From a virus: 64,000 bases of DNA. The notes beneath the pieces were generated by a model. The model had not been told where the DNA came from. It saw only the letters and a program-made list of their open reading frames with translations, and ran no database searches. Both the position numbers and the translations under genes were made by a program. The stretch lies in IMG/VR virus record IMGVR_UViG_3300031485_000046. One strand, written 5' to 3'. Positions 1 to 10,231 of the stretch are shown here, one piece after another; positions within the stretch are counted from its first letter, which is position 1; every line of letters starts with the position of its first letter.

Positions 1-1001
1 AGTGTTTTGACAGAAGGACTGTACTCTAGCCAAACAGCACCTCGTATTCTATCACAATTCCTACATGGTTTATACTCTGGATAATCTTGTTTTGCTTCCA
101 TCAGCATATCAAAGGTAATCTTCTTTTGTTCCATATCCGGATCAAACAAACGAATACCATATTGTTCTCTTGCTGATAGTTCACAATCATCCGTTTGGTT
201 ATACCAACAATCTACGCAAGGTATTTGTCGTTCTCCGCAATATCGCTCCCTATCACTTCTCTTCGCAAGATATACAGCCATCCTTCTTAACTGTTGTTTT
301 TCCGTCATATCGCCTGCTTGAAAAAAAGCTACGTTATTCCCGTTCATCATCGCCCGCATAGCGAATTCAAGGAGCCAAAATGTTTTTCCCCTCTTTTCCG
401 GGCCTGTAATCGCTATGAAAGCGCCTCTAGTAAGTTGGTCGTTCCAGAACTGTCCTAATGCTTTAGGAAATCGTATCAATGATTCGCTTTGTTCTGTGAA
501 GGCTTGCTTTATCAGCATAGGATCAGCAAATGGATCTATAACATGCGAAGATTCATCATCTCCTGACGGGACAAAAGACAAGGCTTCTTTTTCTGCTGAA
601 ACAATATCTCCTTCCTCCACATAATTCATTATGGATTCAGCGTATTGTTTCAACCGTTGGGTGCTGAAATACTGCTTAGTCTGGTCAATAAGATAATCAG
701 AATTGAAATTACCAGCATCCTCGTATTCTTCGTTCAAAGATTCTAGGATTTCGCTGATATACTCAATATCATCTTTCTGCATACCTTTCTTTATCTTCTC
801 CGTGAATATGCCTTCAATATCACGGAACGGAGCTTTATTATATTTCTTGAAGTAATCCACACACCAACTGGATAATAATTTAGCCGTAGATGCTTCCATG
901 TAATGGATTGACCATATCGGAGCGATAGCACGAATAAAATCATCGGACACGATTAAGCCAATAAGGATTTTTCGTTCTATGAATTTATCTGGCTTTTCCA
1001 T
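1..1001 (-). CDS. DnaB/gp4-family replicative DNA helicase, partial (C-terminus beyond window start)
   Basis: Minus-strand frame open from ATG 1001..999 to the window edge (own translation and stop scan; absent from ORF track because unterminated). Walker A 'AITGPEKRGKT' near 381..413 and DnaB-like 'FFQAGDMT'. SD AGGAGGG upstream; directly downstream of DnaC-like loader. Confidence 0.6.
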   Translation of the reverse strand, partial: MEKPDKFIERKILIGLIVSDDFIRAIAPIWSIHYMEASTAKLLSSWCVDYFKKYNKAPFRDIEGIFTEKIKKGMQKDDIEYISEILESLNEEYEDAGNFNSDYLIDQTKQYFSTQRLKQYAESIMNYVEEGDIVSAEKEALSFVPSGDDESSHVIDPFADPMLIKQAFTEQSESLIRFPKALGQFWNDQLTRGAFIAITGPEKRGKTFWLLEFAMRAMMNGNNVAFFQAGDMTEKQQLRRMAVYLAKRSDRERYCGERQIPCVDCWYNQTDDCELSAREQYGIRLFDPDMEQKKITFDMLMEAKQDYPEYKPCRNCDRIRGAVWLEYSPSVKT

Positions 1002-1011
1002 TTAGGCCCTC

Positions 1012-1662
1012 CTACTCGTTATTGTAATGGTACTTTATGATTTGTGAGCACATCCGTCCAATTCTAGATGGTATCCTAGCATCATCCATCATTTCAGACA
1101 ATCCTTCAATGGACACGTTGCTAGTAAATATGGTTGGGCGCAAATATTCATATCGGGTATTTATCAACTTGTATATTTTCTCATAATTAGCTGGATTGAA
1201 TATTCCCTTTTCCACTCCAAAATCATCTAATACTAATAATGGAATTTGAGATGCAACCTCTATGGGAGTGGCTAAAGCCCAGTCACGGTGATTGTGCTTA
1301 CTTTCTTTGTCCAGCAAATCTGCCATAGAAGTGAAAATAAAATTCCTAGATGTATTCTGGATATATGCTCTTTTCATTATTTCCACATATATGAACATGG
1401 CTAGTACAGTTTTGCCTGACCTGGGTTGATTATGCCATATGTATATCCCGCTACCTTCAGTAGCTGTCATGGCATCCGCAATCTTACTAACCTTTTGCTT
1501 GATAGATTTGGATGAATACGTTTCCAATTCTTTGAGCATTCTAGGAGTAAAATGCCCTCGCAAATGCATTTCAATAGGATGATTGTCCCATACATTTTCC
1601 CTTGCACAAAACTCGCATACTGTAAACTTATATTCTCTTCCGCATTTGTTGCACATACTCAT
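1012..1662 (-). CDS. DnaC/IstB-like AAA+ helicase loader
   Basis: 216 aa; N-terminal CxxC..CxxC zinc ribbon; Walker A 'QPRSGKT', Walker B 'LLVLDDFG', sensor-1 'FTSN', Arg-finger region 'RIPSRIGR'. Confidence 0.7.
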   Translation of the reverse strand: MSMCNKCGREYKFTVCEFCARENVWDNHPIEMHLRGHFTPRMLKELETYSSKSIKQKVSKIADAMTATEGSGIYIWHNQPRSGKTVLAMFIYVEIMKRAYIQNTSRNFIFTSMADLLDKESKHNHRDWALATPIEVASQIPLLVLDDFGVEKGIFNPANYEKIYKLINTRYEYLRPTIFTSNVSIEGLSEMMDDARIPSRIGRMCSQIIKYHYNNE

Positions 1663-1682
1663 AGGTATCCCTCCTTACAGGA

Positions 1683-3098
1683 TTATTCTGACTGAATCAC
1701 ATTACCCAACGCATCATAAAACACTATCTTTTCATCCACATGGAGTTTATTCTTTCCATTATGTCTTCGTATCCTGCTACGGAAATCTTCTATCATCCGA
1801 TATTTTTTTACGAATTCTTCCATATCTCGTACTACGGGCATATAATCCATAGTTTTGTTATGAATATGCCATGACAGCAAAGTAGATAAATTGGCGGGCG
1901 GAACCTCCTCAGACATACTGAATCGGTACAAAGAATTTGCCCATTTCAGTATTGGCGGATTCTTGGTTTTCAATGATTCTGCTAATTCTCTAGCCATTTC
2001 GACGAACGCCGGAGGCGTATTGTCGAGGGCTAATGAATAATAAAACCAGCTGAAAGCTGTTTTAGTACCTTCTTTATCTCTGGATGCAAACTCATTCCAA
2101 AGTAGGTTTGGAAGAGATACTTTTCCGGTTTCTTTAGATTTATTCCTACTTGTAACTGCTGTAAGCAGGAGATTCTTAATCTCTTCCGTTGTCCATTGTT
2201 TTCTCAGGTAAACCTGGTCGATCTTAAAGGTTTGGAAGAACTCTCGTAATTCTTTTCTTGGTTGATTGTTCTTCATGCTGACTATCGGTATTCCCTGCAA
2301 CAATGCTGAAAGCATCTTGCAGGCGGATTGTATCGTTTTACTCTTTGGATCAAGGTTATGCTTTGTCACATTTGGAAGAGTATTCCAATAAGAAATTATT
2401 TCTGAATTAATATCAGATAAAACACTGGCGGACACGCATGTGTCCGATAAAGTTTTTATTCTTGTATCTTCTTTAGAAGATACAGGAAGAATAACTTTAG
2501 TTATTCTTTTGTATTTGTTTATATGTTTATTAGGTTTATATTGTGCCTCGGTGTTAGGCGTAATGTTAGCATTGATGTTAGGAGTAATGCTGTGAGTGTC
2601 ATTTTCGATACTCTGGGCGAAAGCTGTTCGTACAACTGAATCGGTACGTTCATTGACCTTTTCTACGGGTTCTGTAGAAGGTGTAAATAGTTCTATCAGC
2701 TTCAACGGGTTTATTTTGTACCATTCTTTTGCAGGTAAACCTCTGAATTCCGATTGCATTACACCTTTTTGAATAAGGATCTTTTTTGCGTATATCACAA
2801 ATTGTCCAGAAAGGTGCCCTTTTTCATACAGGTCCTTCTTGGTATAGTAAAACCATCCTTTATGATTAGGGTACTTCTGCATGTTATACATACACATTTC
2901 AATATACATGGATACAAGTCCAGCAAACATCCATCCGTACTTTTTGACCAATTCTTTGTTAACGGTATAATAGCTGATTTTACATACCAGGCGATTCATT
3001 ATTTCGCATTCCTGTTCGTAAGTCAATTCTTTACATTTACCATATTTCTTTTGTAAAGATTCAATGGTTATTTTTTTATCTTTTTTTATTTTTTCCAT
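1683..3098 (-). CDS. hypothetical protein; possible replication initiation/organiser protein (start uncertain: 3098, 3122 or 3173)
   Basis: Long ORF (track 1683..3173) upstream of loader/helicase pair; no catalytic motif recognised; role inferred from gene order only. Confidence 0.45.
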   Translation of the reverse strand: MEKIKKDKKITIESLQKKYGKCKELTYEQECEIMNRLVCKISYYTVNKELVKKYGWMFAGLVSMYIEMCMYNMQKYPNHKGWFYYTKKDLYEKGHLSGQFVIYAKKILIQKGVMQSEFRGLPAKEWYKINPLKLIELFTPSTEPVEKVNERTDSVVRTAFAQSIENDTHSITPNINANITPNTEAQYKPNKHINKYKRITKVILPVSSKEDTRIKTLSDTCVSASVLSDINSEIISYWNTLPNVTKHNLDPKSKTIQSACKMLSALLQGIPIVSMKNNQPRKELREFFQTFKIDQVYLRKQWTTEEIKNLLLTAVTSRNKSKETGKVSLPNLLWNEFASRDKEGTKTAFSWFYYSLALDNTPPAFVEMARELAESLKTKNPPILKWANSLYRFSMSEEVPPANLSTLLSWHIHNKTMDYMPVVRDMEEFVKKYRMIEDFRSRIRRHNGKNKLHVDEKIVFYDALGNVIQSE

Positions 3099-3607
3099 GG
3101 CAATACATCTCTCGCTTTCCATGCACAATAATACAACATACTTGTACAAGATGCCGCAGGAATATAATACCATGTAACAGATTTTTTGAATCGTTTTTCC
3201 TTTTCAATCTTGATAAAGTTAATGGATTGTAGAAATTTAATAACCTCCCGTATCTTTTTAAGCGGGAATAGCGTTCTCTCTTGCATTTTTCGTAAAGGGT
3301 ACGTAAACCAGATATTTCCTTGTTTATCTTCATGGTACTTATCTATCTCATCTAATTTTCGTTCTGCTGGATATAAATAGTAATGATCATACCCGGAATT
3401 TCCGTATGTGTCTTCCGCTATTTGTTTGGCTTCTATCATTAGTGAAATGATTACTGCCGTTTCAGTACCCATTATTTTAAGGATATTTGAGTCAATCATA
3501 ATCCTATCCATCCCACATAGATTCCATGCTACTTTTTCACGAATATCGGAAGTTATTTCCTTTCCATATACTTTCATAAATGTTTCCATATTCGGTAAAC
3601 TTTCCAT
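3086..3607 (-). CDS. hypothetical protein
   Basis: 173 aa ORF with strong SD (GGAAGGAGG) before ATG at 3607; first gene of minus-strand replication cluster. Confidence 0.6.
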   Translation of the reverse strand: MESLPNMETFMKVYGKEITSDIREKVAWNLCGMDRIMIDSNILKIMGTETAVIISLMIEAKQIAEDTYGNSGYDHYYLYPAERKLDEIDKYHEDKQGNIWFTYPLRKMQERTLFPLKKIREVIKFLQSINFIKIEKEKRFKKSVTWYYIPAASCTSMLYYCAWKARDVLPWKK

Positions 3608-3647
3608 TTATGTACCTCCTTCCGAAAAACCTTCAGGCCCTCCATTG

Positions 3648-3688
3648 TTAAAAAAGAGCGGAGGTTTTCAAAATTTGGCAACCTCCGC
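3648..3688 (-). terminator. putative rho-independent terminator (minus strand)
   Basis: 9-bp stem GCGGAGGTT/AACCTCCGC (3658..3666 / 3680..3688) with 13-nt loop, followed on minus strand by T-run; loop is long so moderate support. Confidence 0.4.
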
Positions 3689-4081
3689 CCTTCCCACGCC
3701 CCTAATTCGTGTTTTTGTTTTTTGGAACAATGATGGTGAAACTTTTGCTTTATTTACTCGAAACCTTTGTTGCAAGAATGACTGTTTCTGCTTGTCAGGA
3801 AATGAAAATCGTCATCATTTTCACATCCAAACTAGGATGATTACAATTATAAAATAGAATGCTGTTGTGCCGCACCTAGATCGGCCTAAGATTTTTGGTG
3901 AGTACATTCTATTTTATTTTTGTAAAATCCAAGCAGGCGTGTTCACTCTTTTGGAGCAAAACTACAGCCTCCTTTCATGTGTTTCAAGATATGGAGCTAA
4001 TCTCGCTTCGTGCGAGAATGCATATTATCATACAATAGAAATTTGTCCTAGTAAAGTTGTCGAAATATTGATAGCAACGGC

Positions 4082-4150
4082 AGAGAAACGTATAGCGCCT
4101 TGCGTTGCATACGCATGGCGGAGAAACGGTCGGCGGAGAAACGGAGAAAC
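4082..4150. repeat. iteron cluster GGCGGAGAAAC (2 full copies at 4117..4127 and 4132..4142 plus partial GAGAAAC copies)
   Basis: Direct 11-mer repeats spaced 15 nt in the 3608..4319 intergenic region beside replication genes; same 11-mer recurs at 16411..16449. Confidence 0.6.
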
Positions 4151-4319
4151 TCCGCTCCTAAATCTCTGCATGGATCTCCGGAGTGCCTTCTGGATTCCTG
4201 AAAACGGTAATACTGCTTACCTCAGAAGTTATACCTGTTCCAGAATCGTATACCTTTAAGCGGTGCTGGAACAAAGGTATTGCCAAATTGAGAAGCCTTA
4301 CCGCGTCTTCTAATTCCAT

Positions 4320-4574
4320 TTACTGTTCCACCTTTGTCATAATTGTGGTACCGCCCATTTCTACAAACAGGATTGTATATTTACCTTCTGTTTTTTTGGC
4401 ATACTTGTCGAAAAAGGCCATAAACGTAACAAATTCCATACATATTGTCCGTACTACCGTAGGAACGCCTTCTGGAGTAGTTGCCCATTCCACATTAATG
4501 CTGATAATACCGTCTGGTAACTGGATTCTATCTGTTTTAGTTATCAATTTATAAATCTTAATCCTTTCGTCCAT
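4320..4574 (-). CDS. hypothetical protein
   Basis: 84 aa ORF, no recognisable motifs. Confidence 0.45.
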   Translation of the reverse strand: MDERIKIYKLITKTDRIQLPDGIISINVEWATTPEGVPTVVRTICMEFVTFMAFFDKYAKKTEGKYTILFVEMGGTTIMTKVEQ

Positions 4575-4859
4575 TTTTATACCTTCTCCTTTCTATTATG
4601 AAAAATAGACTGATAACCACACCTATTACTTCCACGGATTTCATGTTTCCTTGGTTGGTACGCTATAGCCTTTACTTTCAAGCTATAGTTTCATGTCTTT
4701 TTTGCTACCTAGTGATCCTGAGCGATTCTAGAGCCAAGGTTATACTTCTCGTTTACATCTATCCGATATATAATACACAGGTAATTCTTTTCCTTCAGAT
4801 GATGGAAAGAAAAAAAGTAGAATATATTAATCAGCTATATTTTTCACAAACGAATATGG

Positions 4860-4889
4860 GTAAAAAGAAGGCAAGGTACTGCCTTCTTC
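4860..4889 (-). terminator. rho-independent terminator after primase gene
   Basis: 8-bp stem AGAAGGCA/TGCCTTCT (4866..4873 / 4880..4887), 6-nt loop, T-run on minus strand, immediately 3' of primase stop (4890..4892). Confidence 0.55.
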
Positions 4890-5798
4890 CTAAATCCAAC
4901 CTAGCAATTCTTTCTTCAAGGCATCCGCGTCAGTTTGTGCCATATCACCGGGGTCACCTTGTATTTTTATAGAATAGGCATCCACGCCTCTAAGTATAAG
5001 TTCCGCAGTCAATTTTTCCGATTGTTTTATTGCCTGCGGATCATCATCGAATACCACAAATACTTTCTTGAACCTTTTGCTTATTTCCCTTACCTGATAT
5101 TTAGTGTATTTTATCCCAAAAGTAGCAATAGCACCGTACCCAAATCTCCATGCGTCTGTGACACCCTCCACACAAATGCAAGCATCATAATCCTTAATTG
5201 GTATCGCTTGGTAAAATACGTGCTTGTGTTTTACTATCTCTCGTTGTTCTGGACACGTTATATAGCGGAGGGAATGCTTGGCAGTAATATCCCTCGTCTG
5301 AAAAGACACAATACGATTTTCCCAATAGATGGGAATAACTAATCTGTGGGAGAATGATATTCCATCCATAAGACTGATAGGACCTGTGCCTTGTACATCC
5401 CATATCTTTTCGATTACCTCTGGATTAAACTTTCTTTTGGTAAGGTATCTTTTATGACGATCGTTCATTGGTGCAGTAGAAGGAGGCAGTCTGAATTTTT
5501 TCTGACCGACTCTTACTGTTACAGTAGATTTTACATGACTCTTACCTCCGTATTTCCTTGCTATTTCCTTTGCTTCTTTCTCTGATACGTGTATAAGTAG
5601 TGCTAGAGCTTTATGGGTCGCTTTCCAACCGCATCTCCAACAGACATAAAAATCATCCGCCATATTGTATCCTAAATGCATTCCTGGATTACCAATGCAA
5701 AAAGGGCAGGTCGTATTGACCCACCCTTCCCGACAATGTTTATGCCCTTCCGTAGCAAATGGTACGTTAAAATCCTTGTACAATTGGATTATATTCAC
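4890..5798 (-). CDS. DNA primase (zinc ribbon + TOPRIM)
   Basis: 302 aa; Cys4 zinc ribbon 'CPFC...CWRCG'; TOPRIM motifs 'EGVTDAW' and 'VVFDDDPQ', 'GDPGD'. Confidence 0.75.
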   Translation of the reverse strand: MNIIQLYKDFNVPFATEGHKHCREGWVNTTCPFCIGNPGMHLGYNMADDFYVCWRCGWKATHKALALLIHVSEKEAKEIARKYGGKSHVKSTVTVRVGQKKFRLPPSTAPMNDRHKRYLTKRKFNPEVIEKIWDVQGTGPISLMDGISFSHRLVIPIYWENRIVSFQTRDITAKHSLRYITCPEQREIVKHKHVFYQAIPIKDYDACICVEGVTDAWRFGYGAIATFGIKYTKYQVREISKRFKKVFVVFDDDPQAIKQSEKLTAELILRGVDAYSIKIQGDPGDMAQTDADALKKELLGWI

Positions 5799-6360
5799 GG
5801 CAATCCTCCTGCATTAGGGCTTTCAGTTCGTTTATCGTATCCCAAATTCTTTCGTGTGTCCAACCTTTCTCTCTGAGGATGTGGCGCAATTTCCCACGAA
5901 CTGCTCTACCGCTCATGCTACCATATTCTTCTTGTGCCTCTATAATCATATCATATACGATTTTGGCAGAAGGACTCATACGATCCATCTTTTCTTCCCA
6001 TTCTTCTTTAGCATCTACCGATTCAGGTGATGGTATAGTATATTCCATTTCTTCATCGAAAAAAGTACATGGAACCTTTTTCTGATGATACAGGTAATTG
6101 TTCAGTTTGGATTTTACGCACAAGGCAATCCAATTTATCAATGGTACGTTTTTATCCGCTTTGTATGTATTCAAGGCAACTGTATAGCCAACTGTAGCCT
6201 CAGAAAAAAGTTCCTCAAAATCTACTCCAGAGGTTTTATTGTACGACCAAGCTAATTTCCTTAGAAAGTTCTGGTACTTTTTATAGGTAGCGGTATCAGT
6301 CACAATATATTCCTCCTTTAGGATTTTCTGCTGTACTTGTGATGGTGTGGGCAGTAACAA
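5767..6360 (-). CDS. putative sigma-70-family-like transcription factor
   Basis: 197 aa; segment 'FLRKLAWSY..FEELFSEATVGYTVALNTYKADKNVPLINWIALCVKSKL' resembles sigma region 2; weak, motif-level only. Confidence 0.4.
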   Translation of the reverse strand: MLLPTPSQVQQKILKEEYIVTDTATYKKYQNFLRKLAWSYNKTSGVDFEELFSEATVGYTVALNTYKADKNVPLINWIALCVKSKLNNYLYHQKKVPCTFFDEEMEYTIPSPESVDAKEEWEEKMDRMSPSAKIVYDMIIEAQEEYGSMSGRAVRGKLRHILREKGWTHERIWDTINELKALMQEDCREYNPIVQGF

Positions 6361-6536
6361 CGCCTATCAGAACGTAACACCAACCAATCCGCTTTTTTAG
6401 CACGGAAGACGCATTCTTCAAACGTATCACCAACAAATATCGCCTTGCGTTTATACTTGTGGGAAGAGCAATATCTACAATCACATACCATTTCCATGTA
6501 GACTCTATCTCCCCACGTCACTCCCACAATAATCAT
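6318..6536 (-). CDS. small Cys/His-rich hypothetical protein
   Basis: 72 aa ORF between SNF2 helicase and sigma-like gene; CDC..C and CYCPHHH clusters; may be spurious. Confidence 0.3.
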   Translation of the reverse strand: MIIVGVTWGDRVYMEMVCDCRYCSSHKYKRKAIFVGDTFEECVFRAKKADWLVLRSDRRCYCPHHHKYSRKS

Positions 6537-6541
6537 AATAC

Positions 6542-8569
6542 CTACTCCGCATAGGAATTCAGCATCGCGGTAAGCATAGAGCCTTCAGGAACATCTTCCC
6601 CATCCAGTACCGCAGTAATCACCTTTCTCTTTTCATCTATCATTTCTGCCAACCTTTCTTCAATTGTGCCTCTGGGAAGAAGATACCAAATGTTGACAGC
6701 ATTTTTTTGTCCAATACGATTGCACCTGTCCTCCGCCTGATCTAGGAGCCCAGGTGTCCAAGGCAGTTCAAGGAAAGCTACGTTGTGGGAAGCGGTAAGT
6801 GTGATACCTACTCCAGCCGCCTTAATATTACCTACGAACAATCTTACGGAAGGGTCATTCTGAAATCTATCCACTATCTCTGCTCGTTTTTGGGCAGATA
6901 CAGACCCGTCTATTTTTACCGCAATCCCTGTATTGAATTCATCCATAATGGCTGATATGATTTCCTTGTGGACAGCAAACACTACAAGTTTATGGGAAGT
7001 ATCGTTCAGGAAATCTTTAATCCATTCAATCGCACCCTTTAATGCACCCTTAGCCGCCATAAACCTAAGAGCAGAAATCTGGGCAAGTGCTTCCGCATTA
7101 GAAGCCTTAGCCGCTGCCAACGCACCTTTATTTTCAGTAACCCAACCAATAAAATCTCTTTCTACCTTTCGATATTCCTTCTCATTAGACAAGGCTACAG
7201 GGATGACTGCTCTCTGCTTAGGTGGCAATTCTGTCAGGACTTCTTCTTTCCTTCTACGGATCATAACTCCCTGAAGTTTTTCGTACAATTCTTCGAGATT
7301 AGAAGCACCATTGTAATCCCAACCGAATCCATTGTGCTTGGCATCGCAGTACCGATTGGCAAAGTGCATGAAATTAGGAAAGAGATTAGGTTCTACCATG
7401 CGGATAGCATTGTATATCTCCTTAGGCCGATTGATTACGGGTGTTCCTGACATAGGAATAATATGAGGGATCCTTTTTGCCAATGCTTTCACGGCTTTGG
7501 TTCGGATAGTAGCATTGTTCATTATTGCCTGACATTCATCCAGTACCAGCACCTTAGGACTAAGGCTTGCAAGGTATTCTTGCCATCCTGCCACTATATC
7601 ATAATTAAGGATGATTATGTCAGGGTTATCAAGTTGGTATGCCTTTTTTCCTTCAAGTACAACTGCCTTTCTATCATCAGAAAGGCATCCTTTCACTTCT
7701 TTCAGCCAATTATATTTTACCACTGCTGGTGAAATGACAATAGTAGGCTTCAGTTCAGGATGGGCATGAATGTAGGCAAGGGCTTGAATAGTTTTGCCTA
7801 GTCCCATATCATCTCCAATTATTGCTTTACCATTCCGATGTTCCAAAAAAGCTACTCCCTGTGCTTGGAAAGGGTACAGCTTTTTCTTCAAACCTTCTAT
7901 ATTCGCTTCCTTCATATCATGGACAGATTTCTCTATCCTTGATATGATGTTCACCAGCCCTTCATCAATAGAGAAACCCCATTCTTTTACCTGTTTGATA
8001 GAGGCAGGCGAAGCAGAAGCAACCCAATACTTTTCGGTTTCCTTGCTGACAAATGACCTGTTAGGAAGCGATTTTACCTTCCCAAGCAGATCACCTGTAG
8101 GCTCGAAGGTTAGTTTCATCATATCGCCAGCGACTAATGTGGCGATACTTTTCTGAGGTTCCCGATTACCATCGTAGGATTTGTGAGTAGAAGGCACCTG
8201 AACAGTTCCCGCGTCCTCGTAGGCTATGAGAACAGATTTAGGGAACCAAGAATCAACAACCTTGCTTCTCGTAACACCTTTTGCCATCTCGATCTGTTCT
8301 GGCGTAAGGGATTCAAGAACAAGGTCACGCAAGCCCCAGTCCTTAAGACACTCAGGACCAATGCCAATGAGTTTAGAACCGGGATGGGTAAGTGCTCTTC
8401 CACATTTGGAACAACGAACTTCTGGATCAATCTCACCGTACCCGTATAGGTAAACTGCTCTTGCAGTTTCCCTAAGGATTGCGGCTTTGAAGTATATTGG
8501 TACACCTTTCTCTCTTGCTACTATGGGTCTGGTTCGATAGAACTTTGCAGGCAGCTCCATGAATGTCAT
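6542..8569 (-). CDS. SNF2-family DEAD-like helicase/ATPase with N-terminal zinc ribbon
   Basis: 675 aa; motif I 'DDMGLGKT', motif II 'VLVLDECQ', helicase C motif 'DQAEDRCNRIGQ'; N-terminal 'CSKCG...C' ribbon. Confidence 0.85.
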   Translation of the reverse strand: MTFMELPAKFYRTRPIVAREKGVPIYFKAAILRETARAVYLYGYGEIDPEVRCSKCGRALTHPGSKLIGIGPECLKDWGLRDLVLESLTPEQIEMAKGVTRSKVVDSWFPKSVLIAYEDAGTVQVPSTHKSYDGNREPQKSIATLVAGDMMKLTFEPTGDLLGKVKSLPNRSFVSKETEKYWVASASPASIKQVKEWGFSIDEGLVNIISRIEKSVHDMKEANIEGLKKKLYPFQAQGVAFLEHRNGKAIIGDDMGLGKTIQALAYIHAHPELKPTIVISPAVVKYNWLKEVKGCLSDDRKAVVLEGKKAYQLDNPDIIILNYDIVAGWQEYLASLSPKVLVLDECQAIMNNATIRTKAVKALAKRIPHIIPMSGTPVINRPKEIYNAIRMVEPNLFPNFMHFANRYCDAKHNGFGWDYNGASNLEELYEKLQGVMIRRRKEEVLTELPPKQRAVIPVALSNEKEYRKVERDFIGWVTENKGALAAAKASNAEALAQISALRFMAAKGALKGAIEWIKDFLNDTSHKLVVFAVHKEIISAIMDEFNTGIAVKIDGSVSAQKRAEIVDRFQNDPSVRLFVGNIKAAGVGITLTASHNVAFLELPWTPGLLDQAEDRCNRIGQKNAVNIWYLLPRGTIEERLAEMIDEKRKVITAVLDGEDVPEGSMLTAMLNSYAE

Positions 8570-8592
8570 GGTTTAATGCCCTCCTTTGGATT

Positions 8593-8904
8593 TTAGATGA
8601 GTTTCTGGTTCCTATTTAGCATTCCCTTCAGTTCATACTCCTTTTTTAACTTGTGGTAATACAAGTGCCAATCTGGAAGGGGATTCATGTGCAATTTCCC
8701 ATCCCCCGATTCTGAAATGAACCATACTGCAAATCCTAACTTTCCTGAATACCGAACGAGGAACTGGTCCCCGTTCTCGTTCATCCGCACCGCGTAACTC
8801 CAGCGGATGGTTTCTCCGCGGGCCTTCATATTCCGCATGGAAAAATGCTGATCGCCTTGTGATATAAAGGCCCTACGAAGTTCGTTTACCGTATACTTTT
8901 TCAC
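8593..8904 (-). CDS. hypothetical protein
   Basis: 103 aa ORF in tightly packed minus-strand operon. Confidence 0.5.
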   Translation of the reverse strand: MKKYTVNELRRAFISQGDQHFSMRNMKARGETIRWSYAVRMNENGDQFLVRYSGKLGFAVWFISESGDGKLHMNPLPDWHLYYHKLKKEYELKGMLNRNQKLI

Positions 8905-9246
8905 CTACATACCCTCCTTTATTCCGTATCTTTTTACTACCTCAAGTCTGCCACAAGGTATACCCCCTATTTCAAATTCTACATAATCCTCTTCCTTTAC
9001 CATAAATGTGATATTGGACAATCTTACGGTAGGTTTCAACAGGTATTTCTTTATAACCTTTTTAAGTAGTTTATCCGTAGTCCATGTTTCCTCGTCCATT
9101 GTTAAAGGGGAATCGTGTTTCCATTGATCATTGACTTCATATCCCTCTTTTTTGTTGCCCCATACATCATACAGCCATATCTGAACATCCATATACTTTT
9201 GTTCCATCTTTAGTCCCCCCTTCATATTGATAAGGTACAAGAGCAA
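8905..9246 (-). CDS. hypothetical protein
   Basis: 113 aa ORF; true start may be the internal Met near 9207. Confidence 0.5.
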   Translation of the reverse strand: MLLYLINMKGGLKMEQKYMDVQIWLYDVWGNKKEGYEVNDQWKHDSPLTMDEETWTTDKLLKKVIKKYLLKPTVRLSNITFMVKEEDYVEFEIGGIPCGRLEVVKRYGIKEGM

Positions 9247-9300
9247 GGTATGATACTATTTTATTTCATAGTGTAATAATATCATACCTTTTTTGTTATG

Positions 9301-10068
9301 TCAAACGCCAGTTGTGTCTGGCTTCATTATTTCATCAGCAATATACATACCATTTCTGGAAAACACTTCGCCTAATTTCACAAGCCCTTCAATAATTTCC
9401 TTTTCATCCGTTAGCTCCTCGTAAAAATCCCTAAGTTTTAGAAAGGTATACCTAGAAAGCATTTTTATATAATGAGTTAGCCGTTCCTCTAGCAAGGAAA
9501 TATTTCTCTGAATAGTATCCATTACCTCATCAGATACAGGTACAAGAATCCCCTCACCAATATCCGTTGAAGGAAATAGGGTGTTTTCATGGCAGTATAT
9601 ATTAGTGGAGCCGGAAATATAAATATCTAACTTTCCTAGATATTCAACCTTAGTATATTCCACATTAGGGAAGGGGTGTTCTACATACGAAAGTATCCTA
9701 TAAACCAAATCTGGATATGTTTGTTCAAGATGGTGCCAGAATGATCCAAACCCTCGAAAGGTACGGCAATCTTTCTCTACCGTTTTTTCAAACCATTCTT
9801 CATGCCAGCTACCAACTGCTTGAGGAATATCTGTATCCTTGAGGACACAAGTAATTCTAGCACCATCATTCTTACAAGGATACGTAAAATCAGAATGTTC
9901 AAAGCCAATAAATGTTATCCCTTGCAATTTAAGAAACAACCGTACCTCTGCATAAAAATGCTCGTCCCATTCCTCGGGAAGCTCTACCTTATATTCCGCA
10001 AGTGCCTTTCTCTGGATATTGGCGTCCAATTCATTATATCCGTACACTCGTATTTTCCTGATTTTCAT
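9301..10068 (-). CDS. hypothetical protein
   Basis: 255 aa ORF, no recognised motifs. Confidence 0.55.
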   Translation of the reverse strand: MKIRKIRVYGYNELDANIQRKALAEYKVELPEEWDEHFYAEVRLFLKLQGITFIGFEHSDFTYPCKNDGARITCVLKDTDIPQAVGSWHEEWFEKTVEKDCRTFRGFGSFWHHLEQTYPDLVYRILSYVEHPFPNVEYTKVEYLGKLDIYISGSTNIYCHENTLFPSTDIGEGILVPVSDEVMDTIQRNISLLEERLTHYIKMLSRYTFLKLRDFYEELTDEKEIIEGLVKLGEVFSRNGMYIADEIMKPDTTGV

Positions 10069-10231
10069 ATCCTACACCCTCCTATTCTGATATGGTGTAG
10101 GTTAATATTTTCTTTACCTGCATGTTCTTTTTCCTCCTTTGCTTTCTGGATAGCCTTTATAACCTCGTCAATGTCCTTATACAGGTATACCACATTATTT
10201 ATGGTTATTTTGTGTATCATACCTTTTCCTC

